Shown here one piece after another: positions 19,402 through 28,874 of a stretch of 64,000 nucleotides of DNA. A program made the translations under genes and the position numbers. The stretch is from assembly GCA_041320515.1 (NCBI GenBank), contig JBGLNR010000001.1:742201-806200 (forward strand), in the 5' to 3' direction. Below the pieces are notes generated by a model. That model ran no database searches and had not been told where the DNA came from. It worked only from the letters and a program-made list of their open reading frames with translations. The DNA comes from Planctomycetota bacterium. GTDB taxonomy: Bacteria > Planctomycetota > PUPC01 > DSUN01. Numbering within the stretch: the stretch's first letter is position 1; the number at the start of each line of letters is the position of its first letter.

Positions 19402-21317
19402 GGGAGCCCTCCCCAGGTCGCGGCCACGGCCTCGCCTCCCGTGTGCTCGAAGAGGTAGATCTCGGGATTCACGTACTGCACGTCCTCGGGCAGCGTGGGC
19501 ATTGGGCCGGTCAGCGGCGGGCCGGCGACGGCGAAGCGGCGCACGCGATAGGCGCCGCTCGCCAGCAGGGCGCGGACGAAGCGGCTCCGTTCGTCCGAAG
19601 CCCCCTGCCCTACTGGTATTGTACCCAATTGGAGGCTGCTCGTCACAAAAAAGTCGTGCGGCGTCGCCAGCAGGCGATGGGCGTCCAGGGGCGGGCCGCC
19701 ATCGGCCAGGACGACGAGTCGCTTCCTGCCGCCTTGAAGGCGGCTCTCCACGTCGAGCGGCGGCATGTCGTACTGCCACGGCCACTCGGTCACGGCGACC
19801 ACTGCGTCAGCGGGCACGTGCGTCGCGATCCACTCGCCGGCAACGGTCCGGACATTCTCTGTGGCGTAGAGCTGCGCCCAGCCCCAGCTTACGACGGCCG
19901 CCGGCCCAATCACGACGAGGAGCGCCACGGCGGCCACAGCCGCCCGCACCCCTCGGTGGCACAGGCACCCTTCGGCGGCCTCAGGGCAGGTCCTTGCCTG
20001 TGCGCCCCACAGGCGGGACGCCTGTGCCACCAAGTGCCACGTCGCCATCAGCCCCCGCGCGCCCAGGAGCGCCAGGCAGGGGAGCAGGCCGACGTAGTAG
20101 CGGGAATACGCCCGCCCGTCCACCCCCACGACCACTGCCCACACGAAGAGCCACGCCAGGAGCAGCCAATCATCGTCCCTCCGCCGCACGAGCGCCCACA
20201 CGACGCCCACGCCCACCACGACCGCAAGTGGCCACGTGACCAGCGCCGGCAGCATCCCCGGCAGGTGCGTCGCCCACCCGAACGAGGCGAGCCGCGCGAA
20301 CAGGCCGCCCGACACGTGCCCCGTCTCCGCCTGGAAGTGCTGGAGGAACTGGTCGGCCCGCAGCAGGTGGTAGGGGCTGGTGAGGCCGAAGACCGCAATC
20401 ATCATGATGAACGACACGCCCACGCCCGTCGCCGCCTCGCCCCAGGTGTCCTCCTCCCGCCGCACGCGGAGGAAGGCCGCCAGCGGGATGAGCGCCCACA
20501 GCACGACCGCGAAGAACTGGAACGCCACGCACAGCCCCGCCGCCGCGCCCGCCACGTCGTACCACTTGGCCGTCCCTGTCTCGTTCAGCTTCCGGCAGGC
20601 GAGGAAGAAGAGCACGGCGGCGAGAGCCATGCAGGTGTCGCGGGTCAGGTTGTGGGCGTGAATGCCCAGCGCAGGCATGGCGGCGAGCAGGCCCATCGCC
20701 ACGAGGCCCGTCGCCCCGCCCATCTTCGCCCCCGCCTTCCACACGAGGAGCAGGGCGCCCACGGCGGCCAGGAGCGACAGGGCGCGCCCCACGAGATACA
20801 GCCGCCCCATCTCGCCCGGGTGGTCGTAGTAGAACGCCACGTCGCGTTCCAGCCGCACGGCGCCGAGGAGCCAGCACGCCCCCTCGACCGCGCCGACGAG
20901 ATAGGTGTGGAGCGCGGGATAGATGTAACTCCCGGGGTCGAAGTCGAGTTGCCCTGGCCGCATGTCGGCCAGGCTCTTGAGCACCTGGTACTCGTCGGGG
21001 TGATAGGAGCGGAGCGGATTGAAAATGTCGCGGCGGCGGCGAATCTGCTCCCACTTCGCTGGGTCGAGCCCTGGCGGCAGCTTGGGCGCCACGCCGTGGG
21101 AGGGACGCTGCTCCCAGAGGCCCGCTCCACCCGCCAGTGCTTCGGGGAGGCGCGCCTTCAGCTTCGCCGCCCCTTCGAGGCGTGCCCGCGTCGCGCTCGG
21201 CACCCCCCACCCCAGCCCCCACAGCGCCAGCCCGCAGAACGCGGCCACAATCCCCCCGCCGACCGCCCACGGCAGCCACGAGTGGCTCTGCCCGCCGCCT
21301 TCCATCTCATTGCTCAT
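19398..21317 (-). CDS. GT-C fold glycosyltransferase (family 39 / ArnT-PMT-like), polytopic membrane protein
   Basis: Many hydrophobic helices and a GT39-like loop pattern. Start set at the ATG at 21317 (MSNEMEGG). Carries an in-frame hairpin-repeat insertion at 19955..20030. Confidence 0.75.
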   Translation of the reverse strand: MSNEMEGGGQSHSWLPWAVGGGIVAAFCGLALWGLGWGVPSATRARLEGAAKLKARLPEALAGGAGLWEQRPSHGVAPKLPPGLDPAKWEQIRRRRDIFNPLRSYHPDEYQVLKSLADMRPGQLDFDPGSYIYPALHTYLVGAVEGACWLLGAVRLERDVAFYYDHPGEMGRLYLVGRALSLLAAVGALLLVWKAGAKMGGATGLVAMGLLAAMPALGIHAHNLTRDTCMALAAVLFFLACRKLNETGTAKWYDVAGAAAGLCVAFQFFAVVLWALIPLAAFLRVRREEDTWGEAATGVGVSFIMMIAVFGLTSPYHLLRADQFLQHFQAETGHVSGGLFARLASFGWATHLPGMLPALVTWPLAVVVGVGVVWALVRRRDDDWLLLAWLFVWAVVVGVDGRAYSRYYVGLLPCLALLGARGLMATWHLVAQASRLWGAQARTCPEAAEGCLCHRGVRAAVAAVALLVVIGPAAVVSWGWAQLYATENVRTVAGEWIATHVPADAVVAVTEWPWQYDMPPLDVESRLQGGRKRLVVLADGGPPLDAHRLLATPHDFFVTSSLQLGTIPVGQGASDERSRFVRALLASGAYRVRRFAVAGPPLTGPMPTLPEDVQYVNPEIYLFEHTGGEAVAATWGGLP

Positions 21318-21408
21318 GCCAGCCGCCTCGCTCTGCCTCCCTGAGCCCCCATGATAAGCGCGCCGCCCTGCGAAATCAATCCCGCCCTCCCCTGTTGCCA
21401 GAGCGGCG

Positions 21409-21520
21409 CAATGTGGCTCAAAGTTGCCCAAAGTTGCTCGATGTGGCTCAAACGCCGTTTGGCGATTCTCGCCCTTCCGGCTCAGTGTTGCTCAATGTGG
21501 ATCAATGTGGCTCAACATTG
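21409..21520. repeat. cluster of ATGTGGCTCAA-type short direct repeats
   Basis: Three exact ATGTGGCTCAA copies plus degenerate copies (AGTTGCCCAA, AGTTGCTCGA, TGTTGCTCAA, ATGTGGATCAA), upstream of the GT39 operon start. Confidence 0.85.
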
Positions 21521-21565
21521 CGCCACGCGCCGCGCCGTGGGGGGAGGGGGGGCGCCGCCGGAATC

Positions 21566-21662
21566 GCCGATAGGGCCGATAGGACGGATAGGACCGATAG
21601 GACGAAGCGAGGATGCCTTTGCGCGTGTCCTATCGGTCCTATCCGCCCTATGCGTCCTACCG
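21566..21662. repeat. long imperfect palindrome built from GATAGGAC-type tandem motifs
   Basis: Left arm GCCGATAGGGCCGATAGGACGGATAGGACCGATAGGACG. Right arm GTGTCCTATCGGTCCTATCCGCCCTATGCGTCCTACCG. Confidence 0.9.
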
Positions 21663-21872
21663 CTTCCGTCTTACCCCGAACACCGAACACCGTTCTCCCT
21701 CTTCCCCTCCACCTATGTATACGGCTCGCGTCCGACGCCTCGCCAGTAGCTCCGGGGCTTATGGCGCGGGGGCGGGTTGCAGGGGGTTGTGGTTACAACA
21801 CTTCGGGTGGGAAAGCTCGACGCAAGAAAATCTTTCTGTACTGCCAAATGTCCGCTTACATACGCTTTGGCC

Positions 21873-22679
21873 TCAATCGTCGCGCACGCGGACGCCGGGC
21901 GCCAGGCGATAGCCGCCGACCACTCCGCGCGCGGAGAGCAGGACACAGTGTGCCAGGTTCTCCCCCGTGAACTTGCGGATTCTCCGCCGCAGGTTGTCGG
22001 CGGCCTGCCCCCAGTTGACCCCGTGCTCATTCGTCGGCGTCACCTCGCCATGGCCGCGGCGCTGGGCGAGGAGTTCGAGGAACTCCAGCTCGCGGCCCAT
22101 CGGCAGGGCGATGCGGGCGCCGTCAATCGAAAGCACCTGGCGGCCGCGGTAGAAGGTGACGCGGTGGGGCACCCGCTCCTTGTGAGGGAGGGCAGGGAGG
22201 CGGGCCGCCTCGAACAGCGCGCTCAGCGGCGGGCGATCCGCGTCGGCCGGCAGGTCGCGGAGGAAGCCGCAGATGGCGTCGAACTCATTCCGGTTGCGCG
22301 GCACGCGCGGCCTGCCGCGTCCCCAGGGCAAGTCGGCCCCGTGCAACGCCAGCACGTCGGCGGCAAGGTCAATCCCCGCCCGCAGCGCCTCGCGGAATGG
22401 ATGCCACGGCACGCGCGGCGGCTCCTTCTCTGGGTGCGCCTCGAGGAAACCGAGCAGCACTTCCGTTGAGCGCCCACCCGCGTCGTGGACGCTGGCGATG
22501 AACCGTAGCGTGCTCCACGCCGCGGCCTCGGGCTGCCACGTGGAGCCCAGTTCGCCGCGCCAGCGCGTGCGGCGCAGCCGCTCGTGCTCCAGCGCCAGCA
22601 CGGCATAGGTGTGATAGGCGTCGGCCACCACCTGCTGCCGTGCCAGACGGGCGATTGTGCCGCGCGGAGTTCCCTGCAT
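21873..22679 (-). CDS. hypothetical protein with C-terminal OmpR/CadC-like winged-helix
   Basis: 268-aa ORF with GC3 bias. The C-terminal RVTFYRGRQVLSIDGARIALPMGRELEFLELLAQRRG...NLRRRIRKF resembles a trans_reg_C wHTH. The N-terminal domain is unrecognised. Confidence 0.5.
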   Translation of the reverse strand: MQGTPRGTIARLARQQVVADAYHTYAVLALEHERLRRTRWRGELGSTWQPEAAAWSTLRFIASVHDAGGRSTEVLLGFLEAHPEKEPPRVPWHPFREALRAGIDLAADVLALHGADLPWGRGRPRVPRNRNEFDAICGFLRDLPADADRPPLSALFEAARLPALPHKERVPHRVTFYRGRQVLSIDGARIALPMGRELEFLELLAQRRGHGEVTPTNEHGVNWGQAADNLRRRIRKFTGENLAHCVLLSARGVVGGYRLAPGVRVRDD

Positions 22680-22736
22680 GTTCTCATTCCTCTCGGCCCC
22701 CGAGACGGCACTGGCGGCCTGGCCTTACCACTCGTA

Positions 22737-23123
22737 TCAGACCACCCGAGGGAGTTGCGGGAGCAGGTCGAAGTGGCCGTCGCGGGAGTAGAGGAAGAGG
22801 CCGTGCTGCTCGACCAACGCGGCGATCCAGATGTCGTTGGTCGGGATGGGGGTGGCCTGCTGCCGAAGCTGGCGGAAGAGGTGGGCGTAATGGCGCGTGG
22901 TGTCCTCATCAGGATAGAGGACGGCGACCCTCGGACGGTTGAGGAAGCGGGCGAGAACGCTTTCGTTCTGTAGAGAGCGCGTGCCGCACAGGAAACCCGC
23001 GCGCAACTCGGCGAGGGTGACAAAGGGGAGGAGAACCCGCTCTGCCGCGCGGACCCGATCGACGACTTCCGGCACCGCCAGGCAGAAGTCGCGGTAGCGA
23101 TTGGTGTCTATCGCCATCCTCAC
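22737..23123 (-). CDS. vapC: PIN-domain toxin VapC
   Basis: MAIDTN... acidic PIN residues and ...PTNDIWIAA.... Sits immediately downstream of a small antitoxin gene. Confidence 0.85.
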   Translation of the reverse strand: MRMAIDTNRYRDFCLAVPEVVDRVRAAERVLLPFVTLAELRAGFLCGTRSLQNESVLARFLNRPRVAVLYPDEDTTRHYAHLFRQLRQQATPIPTNDIWIAALVEQHGLFLYSRDGHFDLLPQLPRVV

Positions 23124-23132
23124 GGCATGGCC

Positions 23133-23375
23133 TCACTTCCACAGGTCGGGGTCCACCGAGTCCATCTCCCGCACTGCTTCGTCAAAGGCAGGATCATCAA
23201 CCCACGTGCCCGCCAGGTCGTCAAGGTCGTGGTAGACGGGCTGGTCTTCAGCGAGGCCGAGGCCGCGGGCCATTGCGTCGAGGGCGGCCTGGTTCAGGCT
23301 CGACCCCTCTTGCCTGGCCTTGCGGCGAATGGCGTCGTTGAGTCTCCTGGGGATTCCGCGCAGGGTATACTGCAT
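23133..23375 (-). CDS. vapB: VapB/FitA-like (Arc/RHH-type) antitoxin
   Basis: MQYTLRGIPRRLNDAIRRKARQEGSSLNQAALDAM is an RHH-type N-terminus. Start taken at the internal ATG at 23375. Confidence 0.7.
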   Translation of the reverse strand: MQYTLRGIPRRLNDAIRRKARQEGSSLNQAALDAMARGLGLAEDQPVYHDLDDLAGTWVDDPAFDEAVREMDSVDPDLWK

Positions 23376-23556
23376 GGGTGACTCCTCTCTGCGCATTCAT
23401 TATATGCTCTACATGCAGGCAAGTCAACTCCCCGCCCTGCCCCTTCCCCAGCCAGCTCATCGGCCCGGAGTCGAGCAGCCCGCGGTGCGAGGTCCCGCGG
23501 GCTGCTGAGGTGTCCATTGCCGGCACAGCCGAGGGCGGCTGTGCCACACGCCGGGG

Positions 23557-24579
23557 TCACTTGGTGTAGTAGGCGATCATTTGCTTGCAGGTGACGGGCT
23601 TGATCTTGCCGGCGTTGCCGGCCTGGCCGAAGGCGACCATGCGGTCAACGCAGATGGCCTTCATGCCCTCGCGGGCGGGGCCGAGGTAGTCGCGGGGGTC
23701 GAACTTGTCGGGGGTGACGGCGAAGACTTCGCGGATGGCGGCGGTGATGGCCAGGCGGTTATCGGTGTCCACGTTGATCTTGCGGACGCCGTTCTGGATG
23801 CCGCGCTTGACCTCCTCGACGGGCACGCCCCACGAGGGCTTGAGGCTGCCGCCATACTGGTTGATCTTGGCCTTGAGGTCCTGCGGGACGGCTGACGAGC
23901 CGTGCATGACCATGTGGCAGTTGGGCAGGCGCTTGTGGATTTCGAGGATGACGTCCATCCGCAGCACGTCGCCCGTCGGGGGCTTGCTGAACTTGTAGGC
24001 GCCGTGGCTGGTGCCGATGGCGACGGCCAGGGCATCCACGCCCGTGGCGGCGACGAACTCGCCGGCCTGGGCGGGGTCGGTGAGGTGCTTCATCGCCTCG
24101 TCGCCGGTCAGGCCGGCGCCGTGGCCGTCCTCGATGCCGCCGAGGCAGCCCAGCTCGCCCTCGACGGTGATGCCGCGGGCGTGGGCGGCGGCAACGACCT
24201 TCTTCGTCACGGCCACGTTGTACGCGAGGTCGGCGGGGCTCTTCCCGTCCTCCTTGAGCGAGCCGTCAATCATCACGGAGGTGAAGCTCTGCTCGATGGC
24301 GCTCATGCAGGTGTCGCACGAGTTGCCGTGGTCGAGGTGCATGGCGATGGGAATGGCGGGGTAGAGTTCGGCGGCTGCGAGCATGAGGTGGCGGAGGTAG
24401 GCATCGTTGGTGTACTTGCGGGCGCCGCGCGATGCCTGGATGATCACGGGCGAATCGGTCTCTTTCGCCGCGAGCATGATGGCCTGAATCTGCTCCATGT
24501 TGTTCACGTTGAACGCGGCCAGGCCGTAGCCGTTCTCCGCCGCGTGGTCGAGCAGTGCTCGCATAGGAACGAGTGGCAT
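23557..24579 (-). CDS. fba: class II fructose-1,6-bisphosphate aldolase
   Basis: ATG at 24579 after GGAAGGAGG. Motifs [40 protein letters not shown] and VMHGSS. Confidence 0.95.
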   Translation of the reverse strand: MPLVPMRALLDHAAENGYGLAAFNVNNMEQIQAIMLAAKETDSPVIIQASRGARKYTNDAYLRHLMLAAAELYPAIPIAMHLDHGNSCDTCMSAIEQSFTSVMIDGSLKEDGKSPADLAYNVAVTKKVVAAAHARGITVEGELGCLGGIEDGHGAGLTGDEAMKHLTDPAQAGEFVAATGVDALAVAIGTSHGAYKFSKPPTGDVLRMDVILEIHKRLPNCHMVMHGSSAVPQDLKAKINQYGGSLKPSWGVPVEEVKRGIQNGVRKINVDTDNRLAITAAIREVFAVTPDKFDPRDYLGPAREGMKAICVDRMVAFGQAGNAGKIKPVTCKQMIAYYTK

Positions 24580-24730
24580 GTCGAACCTCCTTCCAAGGGT
24601 GATTGAGGCGTCCCTGCCGGGCAGGCCCCCCGCCCGACGCCCCCCATTCTGCCAGAAAGGGGGGCGCAATGCAACCGCCAATCGGCCGTCGAGTATGGCC
24701 CCCATTCCTGGTGCTGTGCGGCAGTGGCAG

Positions 24731-24828
24731 GCCCCAACCCTCCCCCTGCCCCCTCCCTGAGAGGGAGGGGGGTGCCCTGACCCCTCTCCCTTCCAGGGAG
24801 AGGGTTAGGGAGAGGGTCGGGGTCAGGA
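24731..24828. repeat. double-hairpin GGGAGG-type REP-like element (type A)
   Basis: CCCTCCCTGAGAGGGAGGG and CCCTCTCCCTTCCAGGGAGAGGG hairpins. About 85 nt near-identical to 49209..49295; related copies at 15510..15562 and 54297..54408. Confidence 0.9.
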
Positions 24829-24959
24829 GCTGGCAGCAAGCTCACCAGGACTGCGGGCCATACTCTCGACCGCCCGGCCCCCCGCCGGGACTTGCGCGCG
24901 GGGCGGCTGGGTGGTATGGTGTGCGTCAGTGGGACGGGGCGCAGGAGAGGAGAGGCGGC

Positions 24960-25385
24960 ATGACGGACCCGAACTGCATTTTCTGCAAGATACTCGCCGG
25001 GCAGATTCCCTCGGAGCGGGTGTACGAGGACGAGCAGGCCGTGGCGTTCCTGGACATCAATCCCGTGGCCCCCGGCCACGCTCTGCTGGTGCCGCGGAGC
25101 CACCACGCGAACCTGCTGGAGACGCCGCACGAGGTGCTCTCGGCCCTGATGGCCGCGGCGCCCAAGGTGGCGGCGGCGTTGCTGAAGGCCACGGGGGCCG
25201 AGGGCTTCAACTTCGTGCAGTTCAACGGCGCCTGCTCGGGCCAGGTGGTTTTCCACATCCACTTCCACATCATCCCGCGACGGCCGGGCGACGGCGTGAG
25301 CTTCGCGTGGCGCCAGAGGAAGTACGGCCCAGGCGAAATGGCCGCCCTCGGCGCGCGCGTGCGCGAGGCGTTGGGAAGCGAGTGA
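24960..25385 (+). CDS. HIT-family nucleotide hydrolase/transferase
   Basis: CIFCKI..., and the histidine triad HIHFHIIPR. Confidence 0.9.
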   Translation: MTDPNCIFCKILAGQIPSERVYEDEQAVAFLDINPVAPGHALLVPRSHHANLLETPHEVLSALMAAAPKVAAALLKATGAEGFNFVQFNGACSGQVVFHIHFHIIPRRPGDGVSFAWRQRKYGPGEMAALGARVREALGSE

Positions 25386-25399
25386 CTCGAGGACAGGGC

Positions 25400-26728
25400 A
25401 TGCGCTCGGGCATCTGGTCGCTGCGGCGAAAGCTGTTCATCGCGCTCCTGGTGATGATGACGTTCCTGCCCCTCGTCGTCTACCTCTACTCGCGCGAGCA
25501 GGGCCGGAAGGAGGCGGCGCAGCGGCTCACTGCCCACGTCGAGCGCAGCGTGAGCCGCGCGCTCGAGATAACGAGCCAGCTCGAGTCGGTCATCGAGAAG
25601 TCTGCCCCGGACTCCAAGGATGTCCGCGAGGCGATGGAGCGGCTGGTGGGCAGGGACTCTGCGATCGCCTACCTTCAGTTGGCCGACAGCGCGAAGCGGG
25701 TGGTGAACTCCACACCTGGCGCCCCGATGCGTGAGACGCTGCCGCCCGAGGCCGTGCCGCACGCCCCCGGGGAGCTGGCGGCGCCCGAGGTGGTGCCCGA
25801 GTACGTCATGGGCGTCCGCCTCTCCGAGGCCAAACGCGGCCACCTCCTCATCGGCGTGTCCACCCGCGTGCTCGACGAGCAGCTCAGCCAGTTCCAGGAG
25901 CCCTGGCGCTGGTCCTCGATTCAGATCACGGTCATCTGCGTGGCCATCCTGGCCGTGTTCTCGGCCTACATCGTGCTCCTGCACGAGCGCGCGCGCGGCC
26001 TGGCGGCCCAGCTCCAGGAGGAGAGCCGCCTGGTCTACGTGGGCACGCTGGCCGCCAGCATCGCCCACGAAGTGCGCAACCCCCTCAGCTCGATGAAGAT
26101 AAACGCGCAGATGATCGAGCGGAAGCTGGCCGAGCTGGCCGACCCCGCCCAGGCCGACTACTTCCGCGGCAAGGTCGAACGCATCAAGGGCGAGATCGAG
26201 CGCCTCGAGGACTCGGTGAACCACTTCCTCGCCTTCTCGCGCCCCGCGCCCTTGCAGCCCAAGCCCTCGCGCCTGGGCGACGTGGTGGACAGCGTGCTCG
26301 AGCTGCTCCAGCCCCAGTGCCAGGCGAATGGGGTGCAACTGGTCCGCCGCCACGCGCGCGGCCTGCCCCCCGTCGCACTCGACCCCCGCCAGTTCGTCCA
26401 GGCCATCCAGAACCTCGTCCTCAACGCCATCCAGGCCCTCGGCCGCGGCGGCACCATCACCGTCACCACCGAGGCCACGCCCGACGGCGCCGCCGTCTCC
26501 GTCGCCGACAACGGCCCGGGCATCCCCAAGGACATCCAGGACCACATCTTCGAGGTCTTCTTCACCACCCGCGAGGGCGGCACGGGCCTCGGCCTCAACA
26601 TCGTCAGCCGCATCGTCGAGGAGCACCACGGCAAGCTCACCGTCGAGAGCGAGCCGGGCAAGGGCACCACCTTCCGCATCGAGCTGCCCCGCGCCGACGC
26701 CGCGCCCGACCCAGGCAAGAGCGCCTGA
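25400..26728 (+). CDS. membrane sensor histidine kinase (HisKA + HATPase_c)
   Basis: TM leader, H-box ASIAHEVRNPL, N/G boxes (LNAIQA, DNGPGIP, GTGLGL). Confidence 0.9.
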   Translation: MRSGIWSLRRKLFIALLVMMTFLPLVVYLYSREQGRKEAAQRLTAHVERSVSRALEITSQLESVIEKSAPDSKDVREAMERLVGRDSAIAYLQLADSAKRVVNSTPGAPMRETLPPEAVPHAPGELAAPEVVPEYVMGVRLSEAKRGHLLIGVSTRVLDEQLSQFQEPWRWSSIQITVICVAILAVFSAYIVLLHERARGLAAQLQEESRLVYVGTLAASIAHEVRNPLSSMKINAQMIERKLAELADPAQADYFRGKVERIKGEIERLEDSVNHFLAFSRPAPLQPKPSRLGDVVDSVLELLQPQCQANGVQLVRRHARGLPPVALDPRQFVQAIQNLVLNAIQALGRGGTITVTTEATPDGAAVSVADNGPGIPKDIQDHIFEVFFTTREGGTGLGLNIVSRIVEEHHGKLTVESEPGKGTTFRIELPRADAAPDPGKSA

Positions 26729-27000
26729 CCCGCAGGCACGGACCCGATCGTGGGGGAAAGGGCGCCCGCCGCGCCCTTCCACCACAACTGGGGGCCATGC
26801 TCCAGCCGGATGGGTGCAGTAACGGGTTTGCGCAGGTTCCAGGGATGGCCCAGCCCCTCGCGGGCGGCGGACTAAAGCCCACGGCGATGCCTTGAGAGCC
26901 GTGGGGCACTTGCGCTCCGTTGCATCGCTTGCGTCGCCGCGCCTTGCATCCGCCCCGCTGACGCCGGCAACGCAGCCCGCGTGGGTTCTGAGATAGTTTC

Positions 27001-28530
27001 TTAGCGCCAGTAGTGGCGCTCGGTGCTGCGGTACTGGATGGCTTCGGTGACGTGTTCGAGACGGATGCGGTCGTCGCCGGCCAGGTCGGCGATGGTGCGG
27101 GCAACCTTGAGGATGCGGGTGTAGCTGCGGGCGCTGAAGGCGTGCTGGGTCATCGCCTGTTCGAGCAGGGCCTCGGTGTCGGCGTCGAGCTGGCAGTGCT
27201 TGTGGAGGTGGCGGTTGGTCATGCGGGCGTTGGTGCTGATGCGTTCGCCGGCGAACCGGCGGCGCTGGCGGTCCCGAGCGGCGGTGACTTCCTCTCTCAT
27301 CTGGGCGCTGGAGGCCCCTGGCCGGCGGTCCCTGAGGTCGCGGTAGGGGACGCGTGGGACTTCGATGTGGATGTCAATGCGGTCGAGGAGCGGGCCGCTG
27401 ATTCGGGACATGTAGCTGCGGATCTGGCCGAGCATGCAGCGGCAGTCGCGTGCCGGGTCGCCCAGGTTGCCGCAGGGGCAGGGGTTCATGGCGGCGGCGA
27501 CGAGGACCTCGGCGGGGAACTTGACGCTCATGAGCGCGCGCGAGACCGTGATGGAGCCGTTCTCGATGGGCTGGCGGAGGGTTTCGAGGGTTGACCTGGT
27601 GAACTCGGGCAGTTCGTCGAGGAAGAGGATGCCCTTGTGCGCGAGGCTGACTTCGCCTGGGCGCGGGTAGGAGCCGCCGCCGACCAGGGCGGGGGTGCTG
27701 GCGGTGTGGTGTGGGTCGCGGAAGGGGCGGGTGGCGACCAGGGGCTGGCCAGAGGGGATTTCGCCGGCGACGCTGTGGACCTTCGTGACCTCGAGGGCCT
27801 CGTCGAGGGTGAGGGGCGGGAGGATGGTGGGGAGGCGCTTGGCGAGCATGGTCTTGCCGCTGCCGGGCGGGCCGATCATGAGGACGTTGTGGTGGCCAGC
27901 GGCGGCCACGAGGAGGGCGCGCTTGGCGTGTTCCTGGCCCTTCACGTCGGTGAAATCCACGTCGTATTGGGCGGTCTGGGCAAGGAGGGAAGCGATGTCC
28001 ACGCCCTTGGGCTCGATGTGCAGGCGTTCGGTGGCCAGCCCCGCGGCGTCGTCGAGGGTTCGGACGGGGTAGACCTTGAGGCCTTCGACGACGGCGGCCT
28101 CGGCCGCGTTGGCCTCGGGCACGATGAAGGCCAGGCCTGCTTCGCGGACGGCGATGGCCATTGGCAGGACGCCCCGGACGGGGCGCACCGCGCCATCGAG
28201 GGCCAGCTCGCCTACCATGGCGAAGCGCTCGAGGCATCCGGCGAGGACCTGGTCGTCGGCCGCGAGGAGGCCGATGGCGATGGGCAGGTCGTAGGCGGGG
28301 CCTTCCTTGCGGGTGTCGGCGGGGGCGAGGTTGATGGTGATGCGGCCGACGGGCCAGCGATAGCCGCAGTTGGTGACGGCGGCCTGGACTCGGTCGGTGG
28401 ATTCCTTGACAGCGGCGTCGGGGAGACCGACGACTGCGGTGTAGCGGAGGCCGTGCGCGACGTTGCACTCGACCGCGATGGGGTAGGCCTCGATGCCCAG
28501 GACGCCGACCGAGGCGACTTTGGCGAACAC
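27001..28530 (-). CDS. comM: YifB/ComM family Mg-chelatase-like AAA+ ATPase
   Basis: Lon-like N-domain, Walker A GPPGSGKT and LFLDELPEF; full-length 509 aa. Confidence 0.95.
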   Translation of the reverse strand: MFAKVASVGVLGIEAYPIAVECNVAHGLRYTAVVGLPDAAVKESTDRVQAAVTNCGYRWPVGRITINLAPADTRKEGPAYDLPIAIGLLAADDQVLAGCLERFAMVGELALDGAVRPVRGVLPMAIAVREAGLAFIVPEANAAEAAVVEGLKVYPVRTLDDAAGLATERLHIEPKGVDIASLLAQTAQYDVDFTDVKGQEHAKRALLVAAAGHHNVLMIGPPGSGKTMLAKRLPTILPPLTLDEALEVTKVHSVAGEIPSGQPLVATRPFRDPHHTASTPALVGGGSYPRPGEVSLAHKGILFLDELPEFTRSTLETLRQPIENGSITVSRALMSVKFPAEVLVAAAMNPCPCGNLGDPARDCRCMLGQIRSYMSRISGPLLDRIDIHIEVPRVPYRDLRDRRPGASSAQMREEVTAARDRQRRRFAGERISTNARMTNRHLHKHCQLDADTEALLEQAMTQHAFSARSYTRILKVARTIADLAGDDRIRLEHVTEAIQYRSTERHYWR

Positions 28531-28605
28531 GGCGGCTCCTTGCCACGTGGGTTGGCAAGATCATACCGGGGCACTCGCTGTTGTGTCAAGACGGGAAGGG
28601 CCAGC

Positions 28606-28845
28606 GAAGCCCCGGCTCGCCGAAGCGCCCATCTGTATCAACCCAGTGAGGGAGGAAGTGATACAGATGGGCGTGTGCGGCCCAAGAAGCCCACGGATCG
28701 CCAAAGCGCCCATCTGTATCAACCCAGTGAGGGAGGAAGTGATACAGACAGGCGTGCGCGGCCCAGGAAGCCCCCGGTTCGCCAAAGCGCCTGTCTGTAT
28801 CAGCTCCCGGCGGGGCAGAGGTGATACAGACAGGCGGGGCAGGGG
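28606..28845. repeat. three tandem ~80-bp units, each a TGTATCA...TGATACA hairpin
   Basis: Units begin at 28606, 28686 and 28767. See the finding at this position for arm sequences and compensatory substitutions. Confidence 0.9.
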
Positions 28846-28874
28846 AGGGGGGGCGTGGCTCCTGAGATGGTCCC

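Noticed and set aside
23518-23556. Hairpin directly after the fba stop; considered an intrinsic terminator.
   Set aside because: The stem is GC-rich but has no downstream U-tract on the transcribed strand. It belongs to the dispersed type B repeat family, so a terminator role is unproven.
28606-28845. Considered a CRISPR array or mini-array.
   Set aside because: The ~80-bp units abut each other with no unique spacers. Each unit is itself a hairpin. No cas genes are in the window.
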